In this document: piece by piece, positions 14,701 through 25,996 of the stretch
Layout: the number at the start of each line of letters is the position of its first letter
How positions within the stretch are numbered: position 1 is the first letter of the stretch
Assembly (NCBI GenBank): GCA_002269645.1
Contig: NIVC01000393.1
Location: 372,001 to 436,000, forward strand
DNA length: 64,000 bases
Direction of reading: 5' to 3'
DNA from: Macrostomum lignano
Taxonomy: Eukaryota
Program-made: the position numbers and the translations under genes
The notes under the pieces: model-generated
What the model was told of the DNA's origin: nothing
The model's input: the letters and a program-made list of their open reading frames with translations, nothing else
Database searches by the model: none

Positions 14701-17700
14701 GGTCATTTTGCTTTTTTGTCTTGGTATGTTTTTATAGGAAAATTTAGTTTAAATAAATAGTTAAACATAATATAGAAAATATTCATTCAATACTATTTAT
14801 GCTAATATCCCCTATTGGAATAAATGTTAAAAACCCGTGGACGTGCACTTTAGAAAAAAGTCAAACTATTTTACTGCGCTTTAGGATTATTAGAGATGTT
14901 CCGAAAGATTTGCAGTTTCGTTGAAATCAAAATTCGCTAACTTTCCAAAATCAAAATTGAAATTTCCCAAAATCATAATTCAGAAAAACAAAGTTTAGTA
15001 TGATCAACACTCACTTTTTTACTTTCAATTTACTGCTTAGGCAAAAAGTAATACATGTATATGTAGTAGAAAGTAGTTTATTTTTAGCAACTTTTTAGAC
15101 ACTACCAAAATTTTCACTTCTAAATTTTTTTTGAAATTGGAATTTGCTCTAAAAAATTTCAAATTTTGGAAAATTGAAATTGAATTTTTAGAACATCTCT
15201 AAGCTTAATAAATTACGAGTGTATAAGCCCCTTCAACAGAGGTATTATACCCATTTCCATGTATATGTATTTGCTAGAGCAGCAGCCAGTAAGAAAGGGC
15301 AGCGCGCGCGCAGGCGATGCGCCTCTGCATGTGCTGCACTTTAGAAAAATTTCAAAAGTGCGCCGCATACCCTCCACAGTTTTACAACTTTTTCCTATAG
15401 GGCAAATATCATTTAACAACAATTTTGCTAATTTATAATATGGCTGCAGGAAAATTAGGAATATAGAGATTTAACCATCTAAAACAATAAATTGTAGCTA
15501 TAGGGATGGCATGATACAATTTGGTATGGCTGTGGCTACAGAGATATGGCAGCAGAACACTAGGTGCTATACCTAAGAAAGTATACATTATAATAGAAAA
15601 CTCCAATGAATATTAATAGCACTTAAACTAAAAAATAATAATCAACTCCCTTAAACAAATCTAAAAATATAAAATCAAAAGATTTAAATCAATCTGGGAA
15701 TAAAAAATATAACAAAAGTTAAGGGTAATAAGACTCCCCAACAAAGACATTAAAAATCATAACAAAATCAGGAAAAAAATTGCATACAAGTTAGCACACA
15801 TTGTGCATAGCAAAAGCTGCTAGTCAGAAGAATTTAATTGATCTTTAAAAAATTCCACTATAAAATTATAAATGTATTATTTATTTATGCCATGAAATTC
15901 AGCTTATACTCCCAATAAAACTTTGTGCAAATATGAGGGGTGTCCCAAAAGTTCCCGGAATGTCTAACGTAGCTCTTCAATGGAGCCATGATGTTTCACG
16001 CCCTTGGTGTCAAATGAAAGGAAGTTTTGTCACGAAGAAAATGAAGTTAAAAGCATGTTGATATCTGTTTTTATTCAGGAGCTGCAGCAAGAAACGTGTG
16101 CAAAGGTCAGGGGTACTGTTACACAACCTCAAAAATCTATGGCAATGATTTTAAACAATAAAACACAGAACAGTTCATACCGTTGATGAATCCTTGGGAC
16201 ATGCACCGATTGAAAATTCAAAGCGAATCGTCAAGCTCAGCCTGCGGCTTCTCCACGTAGTCCCCATTCAGCTGAATACACCTCTGCCACTTTGAAAGCA
16301 TGCCGTCGATGGCCTGGGCAAAAACAGTTCGAGGCATTTCATGATGCAGGATGACGCGACGAGTGAAGCCTTCAAGTTCACTGCGGTTCTGGAACACCGG
16401 CTACGAATTTTCTGGACCATCTCTAAAGCGTTCGATCCATTCGTAAATGGCAGTTTTTTCAGGCTTTTCTTACCATGGATGGAGAATAAGTGGTCAGAAA
16501 TCTTGGCTCCACTCCATCCTACTGACCAAAGGACAAAAACTTGACTTTGCTGACTTTCAAGGCTCTGAAGAGAACCCAATTTGGCAAAGAGATTTCAAGT
16601 TGAAAGCAAGCACTTGGTAAGAATTATCTGCACTCGCGCAAAAGCTCAGATTAGCTTAATGAGCATTTCTGCTTTTTTCCATAGACACTACCACGTCTTT
16701 CTGAGACGTTAGTAGCACGAATTCAAAATGAAAATATCCAAAAACGAAGATGAAAAATTATTTTCAGTGATATGTGAGGTTGTGTAACAGTACCCCTGAC
16801 CTTTGCGCACGTTTCTTGCTGCAGCTCCTGAATAAAAACAGATATCAACATGCTTTTAACTTCATTTTCTTCGTGACAAAACTTCCTTTCATTTGACACC
16901 AAGGGCGTGAAACATCATGGCTCCGTTGAAGAGCTACGTTAGACATTCCGGGAACTTTTGGGACACCCCTCGTAGTTACATTGCTTTATTTGTTAGAAAT
17001 TTAATAAGTTTGCAGAAAGGAATAATTTGAAAAAATCTGATGTTTTATCATTATGTAACAAAGTTAACACATTGGTTTGAAAGTGCTAAGTTCGATATTT
17101 GATAGTGTATGTGCTAAGCATTAATTGAAATCTATTAATATTGTAAATACAACCCAATTTCAATTAGATTAGATATACTTCTAAAAATATATAAACAAAG
17201 TTATAACAAAAATGACTATTGAAAAGAAAAACATAAGATCAAAATGAGTATATATATATCGTATTAAGCTTATATATTCATTCTAAAAGTAATACCAAAT
17301 AAAATTAGATTATTGCAATAACAATAGTAATAATGTTATACTTGCCCTTTCTACAAAAATTAGGGATTGGCTCAATGCTTTTTACAAGTTAGAAAAAAAG
17401 CAGGACTTAAAATTAATATTTGTAGTTGATAAAATGACTTTTACTGTAGTGTGCACCTTAGGCAAAGGGCTATTCAGAAAATAGATGGGGTCAACATTTT
17501 GGGGTTGAATACCAGTAGGCCTAGAATTAGAAATTCTCATAATGGTTTGCATTGCATTCACTATGAAGCATTGTCAGTCAGCTTCCATTGATAAATCATT
17601 AGTTGATAAAGTTCTGACAAGCATAGGCAATGCTAGACAGTGGCTGTACACTTTGTCACAACACCCAACCTGCTCCTAGGAGGTGGACAATGATGACAAC

Positions 17701-19566
17701 GATGGCGGCCAGGTTTCGGCGCCTCCCAGTGGCAATGGCAGCAAAGCCAACAGTGTCACCGGTGGCAGCGGCGGCGGTAGCAGCGGCACCATCAAGCTGT
17801 CTGGCATTAAAAGTGAATCTGGCGACTCCAGCCAGGTGACAGCATCCACCAATGGCCAGCAGCAGCAGTCATCGTCCTACAGTCGCAAGGTGGCCATGTA
17901 CGTTGGCAATCTGACCTGGTGGACAACAGACGAAGACATCCTGGCCAGCATGCAGGAATTGGGCGTCAGCGATATTGTTGAGATCAAGTTTCACGAGAAC
18001 AGGCAGAATGGCCAGTCCAAGGGCTTCTGCGTGCTGGTTGTGGGCTCCGAGCAGTCCAGTCGCACTGTGATGGACCGCCTGCCCAAGATGGAGCTGCACG
18101 GCCAGCAGCCCATGGTTACTCACTGCAATAAGCAAACTCTGCAGTATTTTGAGCAGCAAGCCGGCGGCGGCAGAGGCGACAGGGACGGTGGCGGCCAGAG
18201 TGGCTCGGGTGGCCGGTCTGGCAGCGGTCGCGAAGACAGAGATGGCGGCGGCCAGCAGGGCATGCAGCAGCGGGATGGCTACCGCGGTGGTGGTGGCGGC
18301 GGCGGCATGCGGCAGTCGGGCGGCCAGCAGGGCGGCTCGCAGTTCAATAATCGGCCTCAGCCATTGATGGCTTCGTCTGCACAGCCGCAGAATCAGCAGC
18401 TGGCCCAGCAGATGGCTCAGCAGATGCAACAGCAGGCTCAGATGCTGGCCTATCAGCAGCAGCGCATGGCCATGGCCGCCCAGCAGCAGCCGCCTCAGTT
18501 CATGCGGCCTGGCATGCCGCCGCCTCAGGCTGGGCAGTTCATGCGACCCCCAGCCGGTATGATGCTGCCGCCTGGCGGGCCGCACATGCCGCCGCAGCAG
18601 GGCATGCCGCCGGGCTCTCAGGCTGGCGGGCCGCCGCCTCAGGGCATGGTTATGCCGGGCGGCCGGCCACCAGGTATGCCCGGTATGCCGCCAGGTATGC
18701 CACCGCAGCAGGGCGGGCCGCAGCCGCATGGTGGCATGCCACCGCCTGGACCGGCCACCACGGCTGCTCCGCACATCAATCCGGCTTTCTTTCCCAGGCC
18801 GCCGATGCCGCCTGGAGGGGGACCGCCTGGCATGCCGCCACAGCAGCAACCTGGCGGCCCGGGTCAGCAGCCACCGGGCATGATGCCTGGCGGCCCTCCC
18901 CAGCTGGACATGTTTGGCAGGCCAATCGCTCCTGGATCCTTTATGCCGCATCAGCAGCAGCATCCGCCATCGTCTATGGCCGGCCCGGGCGGACCTGGCG
19001 GAGTTCCCGTGTCCAGCTCTGGCGTCGGCATGCCGCCAGCCAGCGTCGCTGCAGCTGCCGGCCTGTCCGAGTCCGATGCCGAGGAGATGCTGGCCAGGAA
19101 CAAGACGGTGTGCAGCTCGGCCATCAGCCGGGCGGTGCAGGATGCCGCGGCCGGTGACTACGCTGCCGCCATTGAAACCCTGGTGACGGCCATCTCGCTG
19201 ATCAAGCAGAGCAAACTGGCCGGAGACGATCGGTGCGCCATTCTGATCAACTCGCTGCAGGACACCCTGCACGGCATCGAGAGCAAAAGCTACGGCACCA
19301 GCCAGAAGGCCGGCGGTCGCAGCGGCGGCGGCGGCGGAGGCGGCGGCAGATCCAGCAGTCGGCGCCGCCGGTCGTACAGCCGGTCTGGCAGCGAAGAGCT
19401 GGACGACCGGGTGGTGAGCGCCAGCAAGCGGTCGCGCAGTCGCAGCCGAGAAGGCGGCAGCAGCAGCAAGCGTCGGCGAAGTCGCGACCGCGGCGACCGC
19501 TACGACTACGAGAGCGGCGGCGGCGGCGGTAGTCGGCGTCACGGCGACCGCTCCTACAGGCACTGA
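11713..19566 (+). CDS. CPSF6: Cleavage and polyadenylation specificity factor 6 (CFIm68); exons 11713-11775 and 17680-19566, ~649 aa
   Basis: Exon 1 MNDTDQLDLYNIGEEEEFKSE|gtaagc resembles the CPSF6 N-terminus (DIYADVGEEFNQE-like) and splices in phase 0 to cctag|GAG at 17680. RRM YVGNLTWWTTDED..KFHENRQNGQSKGF, a Pro/Gly/Gln-rich middle, the conserved SSAISRAVQDAAAGDYAAAIETLVTAISLIKQSK block and an RS tail follow. Confidence 0.93.
12004..12261. mobile_element. Possible small MITE in CPSF6 intron
   Basis: 14-bp inverted repeat GGCCTTTTCATATT / AATATGAAAAGGCC with inverted CCAGAACCAGAA subterminal motifs. TSD unclear. Confidence 0.4.
12905..13802. mobile_element. hAT-like non-autonomous element in CPSF6 intron
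   Basis: TAGAGCTCAAAC / GTTCGAGCTCTA termini with subterminal GGGAT/ATCCC repeats at both ends. Imperfect flanking duplication CCTAATAA(TT) / CCTAATAT. Confidence 0.55.
14810..15402. mobile_element. Second member of the CCCTATTGG-TIR family (593 bp)
   Basis: Left end CCCTATTGGAATAAAT. Right end ACTTTTTCCTATAGGG matches the family TIR at 14/16. Flanks CTAATATC / CAAATATC (7/8). Confidence 0.7.
15934..16972 (-). mobile_element. Internally deleted Tc1/mariner element
   Basis: ~195-bp TIRs beginning (C)GAGGGGTGTCCCAAAAG, with TA on both sides. The minus strand retains an N-terminal HTH piece (TAIYEWIERFRDG) and the mariner C-terminus (FAQAIDGMLSKWQRCIQLNGDYVEK). The DD34D core is absent. Confidence 0.92.
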
Positions 19567-22214
19567 GGGCGGCAGCGGCGATGAGGAACTGAAAAAGCAT
19601 TAAGTAGTCTGCCCTGATCCGTGAGTTCCATAAATATTTCTGCATTTCATGCCTGCATTTCTTCTCCCAAGAGTTTTATTGAGTTTGTTTTATTGATACC
19701 TTTGGCATAAAATTAATCTGATTATTTTTCACTACGTGTGTCGCATTGTGCCAAAAACCAGTGTTGAGTCCTTCAATTAGCAGCTATCATTTATCAATTT
19801 TGATTTGTTTGCTAAATAATAGGAGATGATTAAAAATTGCATTTTTTGTGTTCCAAAGTTTCTTACTCCATGTGATGATGGCGTCTTAGTTTGAGGGACG
19901 AGTTTTTATTCAACTTTTAATGCTCAACTTGCTGCATTTCATTGGTCGGGTTAATTATATTTTACTAGTATTGTTGTATGCTAGCAGTGCAATACATAAT
20001 CCATGGGTTTATTCAGTATATCCGCATACTAATCCAAATGAAATTTGTTGTGCTCAAGTGGAATTTGGGTCACGAGATTGTTGGTTGACCCCTCAGCGTG
20101 TTTGCTGACAATTTTATAAGTCACTTGTGCAAACTAAATTGGCTTGAAGTCACTTTGTTGGCCTACTACTAAGTAGTATGTCGATGCTAACAGCTTCAAC
20201 AGTCTGTGTACCTTTCTTTCTGTTGCGAACACCTACTAGGGAGCTGGTCTGGCAGGATGAAATTACCTGGTTGCTACCCACACATTTAATAATTGAGTTG
20301 TCTTTCACTAATATTTTGCACTTCTACGCTTGTTAATAGAAAGAGTGCATTTCTCGCCGTCAGGGGCTTGTACAGGCTGTGGTTCAGGTTCAGTGCTAAT
20401 GTCAGTTATAGAATTGAAGATGCTGTGTTTCCTGAGTATTTGCTTATAAAGTATAAACACCCCAGTTTTTATTGGTGAGTTGAGCACACCCCATCCTGCT
20501 CAGTTGAGTCAGTATTGCTTGTACGCGCTGGCGAGGCGAGTATTTGCCTCAGGGATTTGAAGTTGGTACAATTATATATGAGACTTATTTGTCCGTTTAA
20601 CTTATAGTGATTATACTAATGCTTGTACTTTCAATTGCACACTGTTTTCTAGTGCGATTGGTTCTTAGCAAAATTTATCATAAATTTATTAGCAATCAGA
20701 AATTTAGGATTATGAAATCCCCAGTTTCAAGCTGTCAATCTTTTTTCGCTTCTTGATCTCCACACCTTGTGCTTGTGTCGGGGAAATGTCTGCATATACC
20801 CGTATATACTACTGTTCTCTTACTGTTCATAGTAGTAGTAGTATAGTAGAAATATTTGACTATTGTCTCCAGTTTTCCGGAAAATTTGCTGCGATAAAAT
20901 TGCGAAATTTATTCCCAAGCCAGAAAAAGTTATGTTCTACGGTAAAAGTAGCATCTGCTTTGTCTGTACCAAATTAATTAAACAAGCAGTTTGGCAAGCG
21001 AGGATCTTCCAGTGCATCGCAGTGCGCAGACATGCAAAACGGTAGGAATTGGCATTGTCAATATTGCGTTAACCTGTGACCCTAATTTAAACTGCATTGA
21101 ATCGCAATAATATTTATACTTTTTTGCGTTGCTTTTGCATTGTCTGCTCAGAAATTTATTTGTGCGTTTGTGTTGCCACCCTCTGCTCATTTTTTCTAGG
21201 TCAGTCTGTGCCGCTCATTTCTGCAATCAGCGGCCCCCACTGCTTGCAGCACGGATTTTAAGCGACTGGCATCATCTGTAACTGAAACTGAACAGCTCCT
21301 CACCTGTTGCTGTCTTTTGCGGTAGCTTTTTTTATTTGTCTGCGCACCTTTGGTTATTTATATTCTGCCTAGTTAACCCCTTGCTAATCCCCGAATTTGT
21401 GTTCTCTGTCAGCTTTGCTTCGCTCATTTTTCACTTGGTAGAAAAATAATCAATATTTTTTGTTCGAGCATCTCCAGTTTACTAAATTATATATTAGTTA
21501 AGTATGTAGGAATGTAAACTCGTGTCTTTTTTATTATTATTATTAATAATTCCGTTAGCTGTTGTGCTGCGCTTGGCAATTTGCATCTGGTGTGGGTGGG
21601 AGTGGAATTGAAGAGCATTGTGTACTTTTTATTTAGCAAATTTTTTAGCTTATAATAATTTATAAGCTAGTAGGAGCTTGAGCCGTCATCATTTCTCAAA
21701 ATCATTAAATTGCTGCATTTAGAGTTGCTAACTAGCTAGTAATCCACCTATTGAGTCCTATATGATTTTGTTAGGGCCAATTTAAGGCTATTAAGAAGTT
21801 TAGAGCCATCAGAATTCGATCTTATCATTGCACATGCTGGGTTCCCGGTTTGCGTTGTATCTATAATTATAAATATTGTTTCAACTTGTTCCTTTTCTCC
21901 TGTTGTTATTACAACATATTCATAGTCAATGTAATGTGACCTTGTTTGTAATCAGCTATGCTAATCCCAATTCAAACCCCAAACCAATTAGTAGTTTTTA
22001 CTATTTTAAATGCTGTCAGTTGACTGCTATCTGTTGAGTTTTGCTCTGCGTTGTAAACAACCATTTGACCTATGTTGCAACTAAAATAATTCAGCTTAAA
22101 GCAAAACAAATCCTTCTTTGCAATTCGTGAGAAAAAAATGAAAAGAAGTTGTTAATATCTCTTTTAATTTCTGAATTGTAAAAAAATTATATTGTAACTC
22201 TGGGATTGGATGAC

Positions 22215-22535
22215 GGGTGAATGTCTGGGGCGGATGGTGTGGGGATGTCTGAAGCGGCCGTTGTGGGGATGTCTGGAGCCGATGGTGTGGGGATGTCTGG
22301 AGCCGATGGTGTGGGGATGTCTGGAGCCGATGGTGTGGGGATGTCTGGAGCCGATGGTGTGGGGATGTCTGAGGCCGATGGTGTGGGGATGTCTGGAGCC
22401 GATGGTGTGGGGATGTCTGAGGCCGATGGTGTGGGGATGTCTGAGGCCGATGGTGTGGGGATGTCTGAGGCCGATAATGTGGGGATGTCTGAGGCCGATG
22501 GTGTGGGGATGTCTGGAGCCGATGGTGTGGGGATA
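22215..22535. repeat. 24-bp minisatellite (GCCGATGGTGTGGGGATGTCTGGA)n, ~13 copies
   Basis: Direct tandem units are visible and produce the (GADGVGMS)n pseudo-ORF. Confidence 0.95.
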
Positions 22536-23168
22536 TCTTTACTGTACCCTACCGGCGTGGACAGGCGCGCACTTTGCGTTTCGTCAACTGCCTGGTGGCT
22601 GATGCTGGCGCCCCGGACACTGCCGGCGGCGCGGTCTACGTCCGCGCCCAGGCCTTGAAACGCGCTCTGTGACGTTGTCTTTGCCTCTCATGACTCGCTT
22701 GACTGGCTGACGTGTTTTGTTGTTTTGGTTGTAATGTGAAAAGCGACCCCAAGTAGACTAGACTAAAGCGAACACAGAGTTCCGCCAGGTGCTGCCGCAC
22801 CTCTGCTCAGGGTTGCCAGTGCAGGCGCCTCGGCAGTCGCTCTCCGCGGCCACACCGTACCGCCCGAGTGCCCGCAGGAAGAGCCGCAGAAGCAATGAGA
22901 CCTGCACTGCACGCCGAAGAATGGCGAGCCCTTCTGAGAGCAGAAGCTGCTGCAAAACTCGTGCGACATCTCCCTGCTGCTGGTGGATCGGGCGTCTTTA
23001 AAGCAGCCAATGAAAGCAGAGTTCTTGCGGGACATTTGGTACCGTTTGCTGTTGGCGAAGGTTGCTCAGCGTTCCTGCTCTTATACTCACCATCACTGGA
23101 GGCAGCTTGTTGAATATTTCTCAGTGTACTACTTATAGTAACAAATCTAAGCATAGACTATACATGTA

Positions 23169-23489
23169 GGTTGTAGCCTAGTGGGTTAGAGTGGCGGACT
23201 CACGACTGAGCGGCCAAATGGCCGGAAAAACTTCGATTCTCTAACACTGCGAACAATTTGTGTCTTTGAGCAAGACACTTAACTCTGCATTAATGCTCAG
23301 TTCACCCAGCTGAAAATGGTACACGAGCAATGGGCATTAAGCTGGGGTAATTGAAGTTGTACGTGGCGACCCCCAGTCCTTGAAATGAGCAGCCGTACGC
23401 GGCTTTCAGTTCAGATGCGCCGCGCAATAGCTGCGGCTGAGCTGTCGGTTTCAAATCAGCCCATTGGGGCAGGTGTAATAAAAATCGAG
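23169..23489 (+). mobile_element. tRNA-derived SINE with CORE-like central domain, copy 1
   Basis: A-box TAGCCTAGTGG and degenerate B-box. Central TGTGTCTTTGAGCAAGACACTTAAC..CTCAGTTCACCCAGCTGAAAATGG resembles the MIR/CORE block. Homologous to 44032-44323. Confidence 0.75.
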
Positions 23490-23715
23490 CAGAAGATAGC
23501 TGCATTTGCTCACAGAAATTGATGCCATTTTTGTCGGCTTTGTATTGTCATCAAGACTAATGTTTTAGCTGTTAGAATTTCTTTTATAAACTATTTCCAA
23601 TGTGATAGAATTGGACTCTTGTAGTGTGAATCAATAGATTTCATTATCACATGTAGATGCTCATAAGTATTGCAGTTTGACAATTAGTCAATAGAAAATC
23701 AAGCGCATAATTGTG

Positions 23716-24754
23716 TTACAAAACCAGCATCTCGAACTCCATCAGTGAGTAGTAGTAGCCGAAGGACAAGCTCCAAATGACACCTTGAGCATAGGGATCT
23801 TCAGTGGCCACAGAGGCGTCTCTGTACTCCCCATTCGGGTGCGTGCAGTGGCAATTGGTGAACCACCAGGCTCCTCGAAAAAACGCTGCGCAGTTACCAG
23901 GATGAGTGTCGTGATCGGCGTCCTTTGTGGTGAACTGCTGCCCTTTTCCACCAGCGAAGCAGTCGCCGATGCCGGCGCTGCCGCGGAGAAGCCGGAAACG
24001 CTCAGCCGGTAGTTGTCGGACTCGGGACCCACGGAGAAGCTGGAGTACTCAGCCCAGTGCTCAGACCCGTTCCAGGCTTTCATTAGAAACCGCACCTTGT
24101 GACTTCCATGCTGCGTGATTTCGTGAAGAGCGTTCAGACCTGAAATAGCAATTGCCAAACTATTAGCAGTAGGCATTTGAACATGCAGATATTTTAGTCT
24201 GTACAATAAGCTCTAATAGGTCACAACTTTTTGGTCCTCACCAATCCAGTAGTTTCCGTCGGGTCCCTCGCCGAACTCGCTCTGGTACTGAGTCCAGTTG
24301 CGCTAAAATTCCACTGAGCCGGACACCCTGTGCTGCACGGTGGTCCAGCAGTCACTGCCGGCTGTCTGCAAGGAGACGTCACGCATTCTAAATGAAGGCA
24401 TTCGGAGAAACAACGAAGAGCCAACTCATTATCTTACCCATAAACCACGCGGAGCTGCCTTGTTTAAACTGCAGCACTTCCTGCAGTGGCTCAGGCCCAG
24501 GCGACACCTGAAGTGAGCGCACAGGCCGGAGCTGGCGTTGAACGCCACCAGCTGCACAGCGGAGTCGCTGCTGGCAGCAGCTGAGCACTCAATTCTGGAC
24601 AGGTCCGAGAACGATATCTGACAACTTCGTAATCAGAAAGGCTCTCTTCGCTTGCCCACCACCTGCGCTCAGAGGAAGCTGCGTCAATGTGACCTGCAGC
24701 TAGCAGTAGAAGCATGAAAGCATTGAAGTTTTGCAACTGCATTTCTCTTTTCAT
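23716..24754 (-). pseudogene. Secreted fibrinogen-related domain (FReD) gene with PAN/apple-like N-terminus; disrupted
   Basis: Signal peptide (MLLLLAAGHIDA). Exons ~24754-24438, 24365-24242 and 24139-23716 encode WTTVQHRVSGSVEF*RNWTQYQSEFG..NYWIG|LNALHEIT..AEYSSFSVGPESDNYRL..FTTKDADHD..CA..GAWWFTNCH..NGEY. In-frame TAG at 24303-24305 and frameshift at ~23983. Confidence 0.85.
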
Positions 24755-25732
24755 TGCGCTGCCCGAATGAAAGCAAAAGCTACATTGGCTGACACTGCTT
24801 TCTTGCTTGTTTTCATCTTTTATGGCTTTAACACAAAGCGTGGAAGCCACTGCAAAGACACCGACTGTTGATTGACAAGTCTGTTGTTGCGGATGCAACA
24901 AGCAGGAAGTCTTATTCATGGTTTGAGACCATGCTTTGGGCGGCCGGTCTGACTCACTCATCCCAAAGCTGAGCACCGCCAGCTTCCTCCGCTTCCTGCG
25001 TCTTTGCTGGAAGAAACTTTCGGGCAGACAGGAAGGAATGCAGATGCTAGCAGGCGGTGTCGAAAAAATTCCCAAATCAATAATAGCGGCATTGTCGCAG
25101 CTATGTGCTTACCTGAATGAAGTTTCCTGTTTAGTGAGAAAAAATTCTGCGGACACATTAGAATGAGTTTTTTTCTGAATCTTTGTCTTCTCTGAATACA
25201 CTGTTGTCGATCATTGATCTTGTCAGATGGGAGAACAAAAATCTCTGAGACTACTTACAACAGAAGTATTATATGTGGCACAAGTACCTCCAATTGCGCG
25301 CTGCATTAAATTCATTGCTGCTGCTTATCAAGTTTTCTCCTATAGTAGAAGTTGATTGCCATCAAGTGCGCTTTTATCTAGCATTTATCCCACTGCTCCA
25401 GGGCGTGGGAAGGGAGCTGAAGGTTAGACATATCACCAAACTGGAATCGCCATGGGCTGTGTAGTGTACGCTCTGCGCGGTAATAATGTACTTGGCTTGG
25501 TCGATGAACTAACTCGTAGCAATACTCTTATTACGCAATGCTCTCGTGCCTATAAATATATTGAATTGAGCAATCGGCTCATTTAAGTGCATCGTTTCTC
25601 TCGCCAAACTAAATAGCTAGTCTTAGTCATTACAGGCTGTAGAACCGGCCTTGTCTTCCATCATTCAGTCTGGCTAGATTTCAATCACACAAAATCTCTA
25701 ACAAAAAATTGAAAGAAAACAAACATATTGTT

Positions 25733-25804
25733 TGGAAAAGTGGCCTTCAAAACTTTTTTCCATAGATTTCGAGTGTTGCGTCCTTCTACTTTAGTAGTCC
25801 TTGG
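25733..25804. repeat. ~70-bp dispersed repeat, also at 36908-36978
   Basis: TTTGGAAAAGTGGCCTTCAAAAC..CATAGATTTCGAGTGTTGCGTCCTTCTACTTTAGTAGT is nearly identical at both sites. Confidence 0.8.
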
Positions 25805-25996
25805 AATGTTCAACATCAACAGTCTTTGAAACCTCTGCACAAAAGACGCAGATTAGAGTAGAGCATAAACAAGTAAGTAGAGCAGAGACGTTACTCTTGA
25901 ATCCACACATACATTGAGCAGTTTTCAGCAGTTGAATTAAAGATACATGTAGGTGTTTATTAATAACTTGTTCCTCGTCTTGGATTGGCTTATCGA

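Noticed and set aside
17869-19563. 564-aa antisense ORF over CPSF6
   Set aside because: Shadow frame of a GC3-rich coding exon; low-complexity Ala/Arg/His product with no domain.
22210-22658. (GADGVGMS)n and (EPMVWGCL)n ORFs
   Set aside because: Open frames are produced by a 24-bp minisatellite; no splice or domain support.
22900-22950. Selenocysteine recoding of two in-frame TGAs
   Set aside because: No recognisable selenoprotein motif or SECIS seen; pseudogene decay is simpler.
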